From: Methanothermus fervidus DSM 2088
GTDB lineage: Archaea; Methanobacteriota; Methanobacteria; DSM-2088; Methanothermaceae
DNA length: 32,000 nt
Direction: 5' to 3'
NCBI GenBank assembly: GCA_000166095.1
Contig: CP002278.1
Span: forward strand, 450,001 to 482,000
The notes below the pieces were generated by a model. It made no database searches. It was not told where the DNA came from and saw only the letters and a list, made by a program, of their open reading frames with translations. A program made the translations under genes and the position numbers. Below are positions 28,052 to 32,000 of the stretch, piece by piece. The number at the start of each line of letters is the position of its first letter. Within the stretch, counting starts at the first letter, position 1.

Positions 28052-28864
28052 ATGAAAGACAAGCACATAATAGAAGCACTTGGAAAGACAAAAATTATTA
28101 TTAGAGACGGAAATGTTGAATATGTTGGAAAACCATTAATTAAATATTGTCCTATTTTCTATAAATATAGAGGAATTAAAAAAATTACAAGAAAAGCCAT
28201 AAAAGAAAATATTGAGTTTAGAATAAAGGATTTTGGGATGTGTACACCAAAAAGAAAGTTATATATGGAAAAATATTTATCTTATGGCACCTCAGAAATT
28301 ATATCATCACTTCTACAAGATAAAATATTAGATTGTGCAGTAATGGTCTGTGATGGTGCAGGTACAGTAATTGTCAATGATCCCATGCTTGCCCAAGGTA
28401 TAGGCGGACGAATTTCTGGTATAATATCTACAACACCAATTGAGACAATAATAAAAACTATTGGTGAAGATAACGTATTAAATAAAAAAACTGCAGAAAT
28501 AGACCAGGTAAAAGGTGTAAAAAAAGCAATTGATAAAGGTTATAAATCAATAGCAGTTACGGTAACTTCTGTAAAAGAAGCAATTGAAATAAGAAAAATT
28601 GCACCTAGAGCATGCATATTTGCAGTGCATTTAACAGGAATATCTAAAAACGATGCAGAAAAACTATTTGAAGTTGCAGATATAATTACTTCCTGTGCTT
28701 CAAAATATATCCGTAAAATAGGGGATAAAAAAGCTTTATTAAAAGTTGGGAGATCTATACCAGTTTATGCGGCAACAAAAAAAGGTAAAAAAATATTGTT
28801 GAAGTTTAAAACAGCTAAAAAGGGATCTTCTAACAGCTATGGTCAACCATATCCATTAATCTAA
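28052..28864 (+). CDS. Methanogenesis marker protein 8-like (DUF2099)
   Basis: HIIEALGKTKIIIRDGNVEYVGKPLIKYCPIFYKYRGIKKITRKAIKENIEFRIKDFGMCTPKR..., MVCDGAGTVIVNDPMLAQGIGGRISGIISTTPI; recalled family pattern, not searched. Confidence 0.75.
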   Translation: MKDKHIIEALGKTKIIIRDGNVEYVGKPLIKYCPIFYKYRGIKKITRKAIKENIEFRIKDFGMCTPKRKLYMEKYLSYGTSEIISSLLQDKILDCAVMVCDGAGTVIVNDPMLAQGIGGRISGIISTTPIETIIKTIGEDNVLNKKTAEIDQVKGVKKAIDKGYKSIAVTVTSVKEAIEIRKIAPRACIFAVHLTGISKNDAEKLFEVADIITSCASKYIRKIGDKKALLKVGRSIPVYAATKKGKKILLKFKTAKKGSSNSYGQPYPLI

Positions 28865-29260
28865 ATATTTTGCTACAGCACGTATTATACAACTTTGAGT
28901 TATGAGACCAACTAATTTGTTGTCATTGATAACTACTGGAATTCTTTGATAACCAGTTTCACTCATTATTTTACTGATTTCTTTTATAGAAGTATCAACT
29001 CCAACTACAACAAGATTTTTACTCATTAAATCCTTAACACGGAGGTTTAATGCCTCCTTACCAGCTAATAGTATATCTCTATGAGTTATAAGGCCTACAA
29101 GCTTTCCATTTTTGACTACAGGTAATCCTCCTACATTAGCTCTAACCATTTTTAATTTAGCAGCTGCCACAGTATCATCTGGATTAGCTGTCAATACATC
29201 TTTAATCATTATATCCTGAGCCTTAAGGTCCTTAAGTTTCTTTTTTGTAGTAGAAATCAA
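28856..29260 (-). CDS. Tandem CBS-domain protein
   Basis: AQDIMIKDVLTANPDDTVAAAKLKMVRANVGGLPVVKNGKLVGLITHRDI and a second repeat LMSKNLVVVGVDTSIKEISKIMSETGYQRIPVVINDNKLVGLI. Confidence 0.93.
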   Translation of the reverse strand: MISTTKKKLKDLKAQDIMIKDVLTANPDDTVAAAKLKMVRANVGGLPVVKNGKLVGLITHRDILLAGKEALNLRVKDLMSKNLVVVGVDTSIKEISKIMSETGYQRIPVVINDNKLVGLITQSCIIRAVAKYLD

Positions 29261-29390
29261 TTTTGAGATCCTCCTAAAATAAAAAAATTTAAAAAACTTT
29301 GCTAAAAAAGATTTTCATTTGAAGTGCTAAGTGTCATGAACACTATCTATATCTATGATCTTAATCTTATAATAAGTTTAAGGTATAATC

Positions 29391-29421
29391 AAATCATGAT
29401 TTTAATGATTAAGTAATCATT
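29391..29421. promoter_or_regulatory. Two adjacent palindromes upstream of thiC, candidate operator
   Basis: AAATCATGATTT (29391-29402) and AATGATTA-AG-TAATCATT (29404-29421), both perfect, 37 nt before the thiC start. Confidence 0.35.
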
Positions 29422-29457
29422 TCTCATTAATTTAAAAAAATAATAAAGTTTTGAGGG

Positions 29458-30729
29458 ATGAAAGTGACATTAATGGAAGAAGCAGCAAAAGGCAACATAA
29501 CTAACATTATGGTAAAATCTGCTAAAATGGAAAATATTGAGGTAGAAAAAATTGTTAGAGGATTAGCTAGGGGTGAAATAGTCATACCACATAATGTGAA
29601 TAGGTCAGCCACGCCTTGTGCTATTGGAAAACATGCGTCAACTAAAGTAAATGCAAATGTTGGTTCATCTCCCGATCATGACGACGTTGATTTAGAAGTT
29701 AAAAAAGCCAAAATAGCTGTAAAATATGGTTCAGATACTGTAATGGATCTTAGTACGGGGAAATCTTTATCTAAAATCCGAAAAGCAATTTTAAAAAATG
29801 TTGATGTTCCTGTAGGTACAGTTCCAATTTATGAAGCTGGAGTTAAAGCAAGAAAGAAAAAAGGCGCTGTAATACATATGGATGAAGATGACATGTTAAA
29901 AGCAATTGAAACCCAAGCAAAAGATGGCGTAGATTTCATGACAATCCACTGTGGCGTAACAAAAGATATTGTAGACAAATTATCAAAATCCGAAAGGATT
30001 ATGGGCATTGTAAGTAGAGGAGGAGCATTTATAGCTGCATGGATAAAGTATAATGAGAAAGAAAATCCATTATATCAAAATTTTGAGTATATTTTAGATA
30101 TCGCATATGAATATGATGTCACTTTAAGTTTAGGAGATGGTTTAAGACCTGGATGTCTTTACGATGCTTCTGACATGCTTCAAATAAGAGAATTGATAAA
30201 TCTAGGAGAGTTAGTAGCCAAAGCCAGAGAAAAAAATGTGCAATGTATGGTTGAGGGTCCTGGACATATGCCATTAGATCAAATAGCCGCAAATGTTAAG
30301 ATCCAAAAATCTATATGCAAAAATGCTCCATTTTATGTTTTAGGTCCTATTGTAACCGATATATCACCAGGTTATGACCATATAACAGCAGCTATTGGTG
30401 GTGCCATAGCTGCAGCTGCAGGAGCTGACTTCCTTTGTTATGTAACACCTACAGAACATTTATCAATACCTGGAATAAAAGAAGTTAAAGAAGGTGTTAT
30501 AGCAGCTAAAATAGCTGCACAAGCAGCAGATGTATCTAAGGGTTTATCTAAAGCATGGAGTAAAGAATTAAAAATGTCTGAAGCAAGAAAAGATTTTAAA
30601 TGGGATGAACAATTTAAATTAGCTTTAGATCCTAAGAAAGCAAAAAAATATTATGAACCAAGTAAAGGAGCATGTTCTATGTGTGGAGAATATTGTGCAA
30701 TTAAAATTTTAAAAGATTTATTTGAATGA
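29458..30729 (+). CDS. thiC: Phosphomethylpyrimidine synthase ThiC
   Basis: SRGGAFIAAWIKYNEKENPLY, VEGPGHMPLDQIAANV, YVLGPIVTDISPGYDHITAAIGGAIAA, C-terminal CSMCGEYCAIKI (CxxCxxxxC). Confidence 0.95.
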   Translation: MKVTLMEEAAKGNITNIMVKSAKMENIEVEKIVRGLARGEIVIPHNVNRSATPCAIGKHASTKVNANVGSSPDHDDVDLEVKKAKIAVKYGSDTVMDLSTGKSLSKIRKAILKNVDVPVGTVPIYEAGVKARKKKGAVIHMDEDDMLKAIETQAKDGVDFMTIHCGVTKDIVDKLSKSERIMGIVSRGGAFIAAWIKYNEKENPLYQNFEYILDIAYEYDVTLSLGDGLRPGCLYDASDMLQIRELINLGELVAKAREKNVQCMVEGPGHMPLDQIAANVKIQKSICKNAPFYVLGPIVTDISPGYDHITAAIGGAIAAAAGADFLCYVTPTEHLSIPGIKEVKEGVIAAKIAAQAADVSKGLSKAWSKELKMSEARKDFKWDEQFKLALDPKKAKKYYEPSKGACSMCGEYCAIKILKDLFE

Positions 30730-30741
30730 GAGGATGATAAG

Positions 30742-32000
30742 TTGAAATATATAAAACTTGTGGAATTGTATGAAAAATTAGAATCAACAACAAAAAAGTT
30801 AAAAAAAATAGATTTGCTTTCTAAATTTTTATCAGAAGTAGATAAAGAGTTGCTTCCAGCTGTAGTTTTAATGACATTAGGCACTGTTTTTCCTGGATGG
30901 AGTGAAAAAGAATTAGGTGTAGGATTTAAATTACTTGTAAAGGCGATGTCAATTGTTTCTGGAATATCTGCTAACAAAATAGAAGAAAAAATTGCTGAAG
31001 AAGGCGATGTAGGGCTAGCAGCAGAAAAATTGTTCAAAAAAAGAAGACAAGTCACCTTTATTACACAACCACTTACAGTTGAGAAAGTCTATACAAATTT
31101 AAAAAAAGTTGCAGACATAACAGGAGAAGGTGCACAAACACGTAAAATAAATCTTATAACAGATATTCTTTCTTTGGCAAAACCAAAGGAGGCCAAATAT
31201 TTAACAAGAATGATATTAGAAGAGTTGAGGGTAGGTGTAGGCGAAGGAATAATGAGGGATGCAATTGCTAAAGCATTTAAAGTAGATCCAAAGATTGTAG
31301 AACGAGCTCATATGTTAACAAATGATTTAGGTTTAGTTGCAAAAGTTGCATGTGAAAAAGGAGTCGAAGGCTTAAAACAACTTTCATTGAAGCCCGGCAG
31401 GCCTGTTAAACCTATGTTAGCACAAACAGCGCCAAGCATTAAAAAAGCCATAGAAGAAATGGGGAAAGCCTTTTGTGAAACTAAATATGATGGAATAAGA
31501 GTCCAAATCCATAGAAAAAATTCAGAAATAGTTGTTTTTACACGTAGACTTGAAAATATAACTAATGCAGTTCCAGATATAGTTGATGCTGTGGAAAAAG
31601 CATTGCCAAAAAAGGATTTCATCGTTGAAGGAGAAATAATAGGAGTTAAAAATGGTAGGCCAATTCCTTTCCAGTATTTATTACACAGAATTAGACGTAA
31701 ATATGAAATTGAAAAGGCTATAAAAGAAATTCCTTTTACATTGTTCCTTTTCGATGTTTTATATTTTGAAAATCCATTAATAGATGAAAAATTCGAAAAT
31801 AGAAGAAAAATATTAGAATCTATAACAAAAACTAAGGAAGGAAAGGTTGAACTTAGTCGAAAAGTAGAAGTAACTTGTGAAAATATAGATGATGCAGAAA
31901 AATTGTTTAAGGAATCAATAGAAGCTGGTCATGAAGGAATAATGATAAAAGATCCGAATGCTCCATATATTCCAGGAATACGTGGAAAAAAAATGTTAAA
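30742..32000 (+). CDS. lig: ATP-dependent DNA ligase, 3' end beyond the window
   Basis: Open frame from TTG 30742: VELYEKLESTTKKLKKIDLLSKFL...; nucleotidyltransferase motif KYDGIRVQIH, FIVEGEIIG, LFLFDVLYF, EGIMIKDP. Confidence 0.9.
   Translation, partial: MKYIKLVELYEKLESTTKKLKKIDLLSKFLSEVDKELLPAVVLMTLGTVFPGWSEKELGVGFKLLVKAMSIVSGISANKIEEKIAEEGDVGLAAEKLFKKRRQVTFITQPLTVEKVYTNLKKVADITGEGAQTRKINLITDILSLAKPKEAKYLTRMILEELRVGVGEGIMRDAIAKAFKVDPKIVERAHMLTNDLGLVAKVACEKGVEGLKQLSLKPGRPVKPMLAQTAPSIKKAIEEMGKAFCETKYDGIRVQIHRKNSEIVVFTRRLENITNAVPDIVDAVEKALPKKDFIVEGEIIGVKNGRPIPFQYLLHRIRRKYEIEKAIKEIPFTLFLFDVLYFENPLIDEKFENRRKILESITKTKEGKVELSRKVEVTCENIDDAEKLFKESIEAGHEGIMIKDPNAPYIPGIRGKKML

Noticed and set aside
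29261-29457. TPP riboswitch upstream of thiC
   Set aside because: Conserved TPP riboswitch core sequences were not found; only palindromes and TATA-like sequence are visible.
1-32000. CRISPR, transposon, prophage or toxin-antitoxin content
   Set aside because: No regularly spaced repeats, transposase, integrase or terminal inverted repeats were seen; nearly all space is filled by housekeeping or conserved methanogen-type genes.

Overview
AT-rich archaeal chromosome segment from a methanogen or close relative. Lineage evidence: YcaO/methanogenesis marker 1, methanogenesis marker 8 (DUF2099)-like protein, MptE, an Hmd-related protein, archaeal ThiC, RtcB/archease, NMD3. It is densely packed, with about 28 supportable protein genes and four tRNAs: Thr-GGT, Leu-TAA, Cys-GCA and an intron-containing Trp-CCA. 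No CRISPR array, transposon or obvious defence island is visible. The strongest non-protein signals are two box C/D guide RNAs. One is a canonical C/D'/C'/D sRNA (about 134-196) forming the apparent 5' leader of the NMD3 gene. The other sits inside the tRNA-Trp intron: its D guide matches wobble C34 at the N+5 position, while its D' guide does not match the position-39 context known from haloarchaeal tRNA-Trp introns. Protein-level leads are a YcaO (McrA thioamidation type) gene overlapping a LarE-like sulfur transferase gene with no TfuA in the window, and an uncharacterised Cys-rich protein directly upstream of the marker 8-like gene. Everything here is by reading the sequence; no database search was run.
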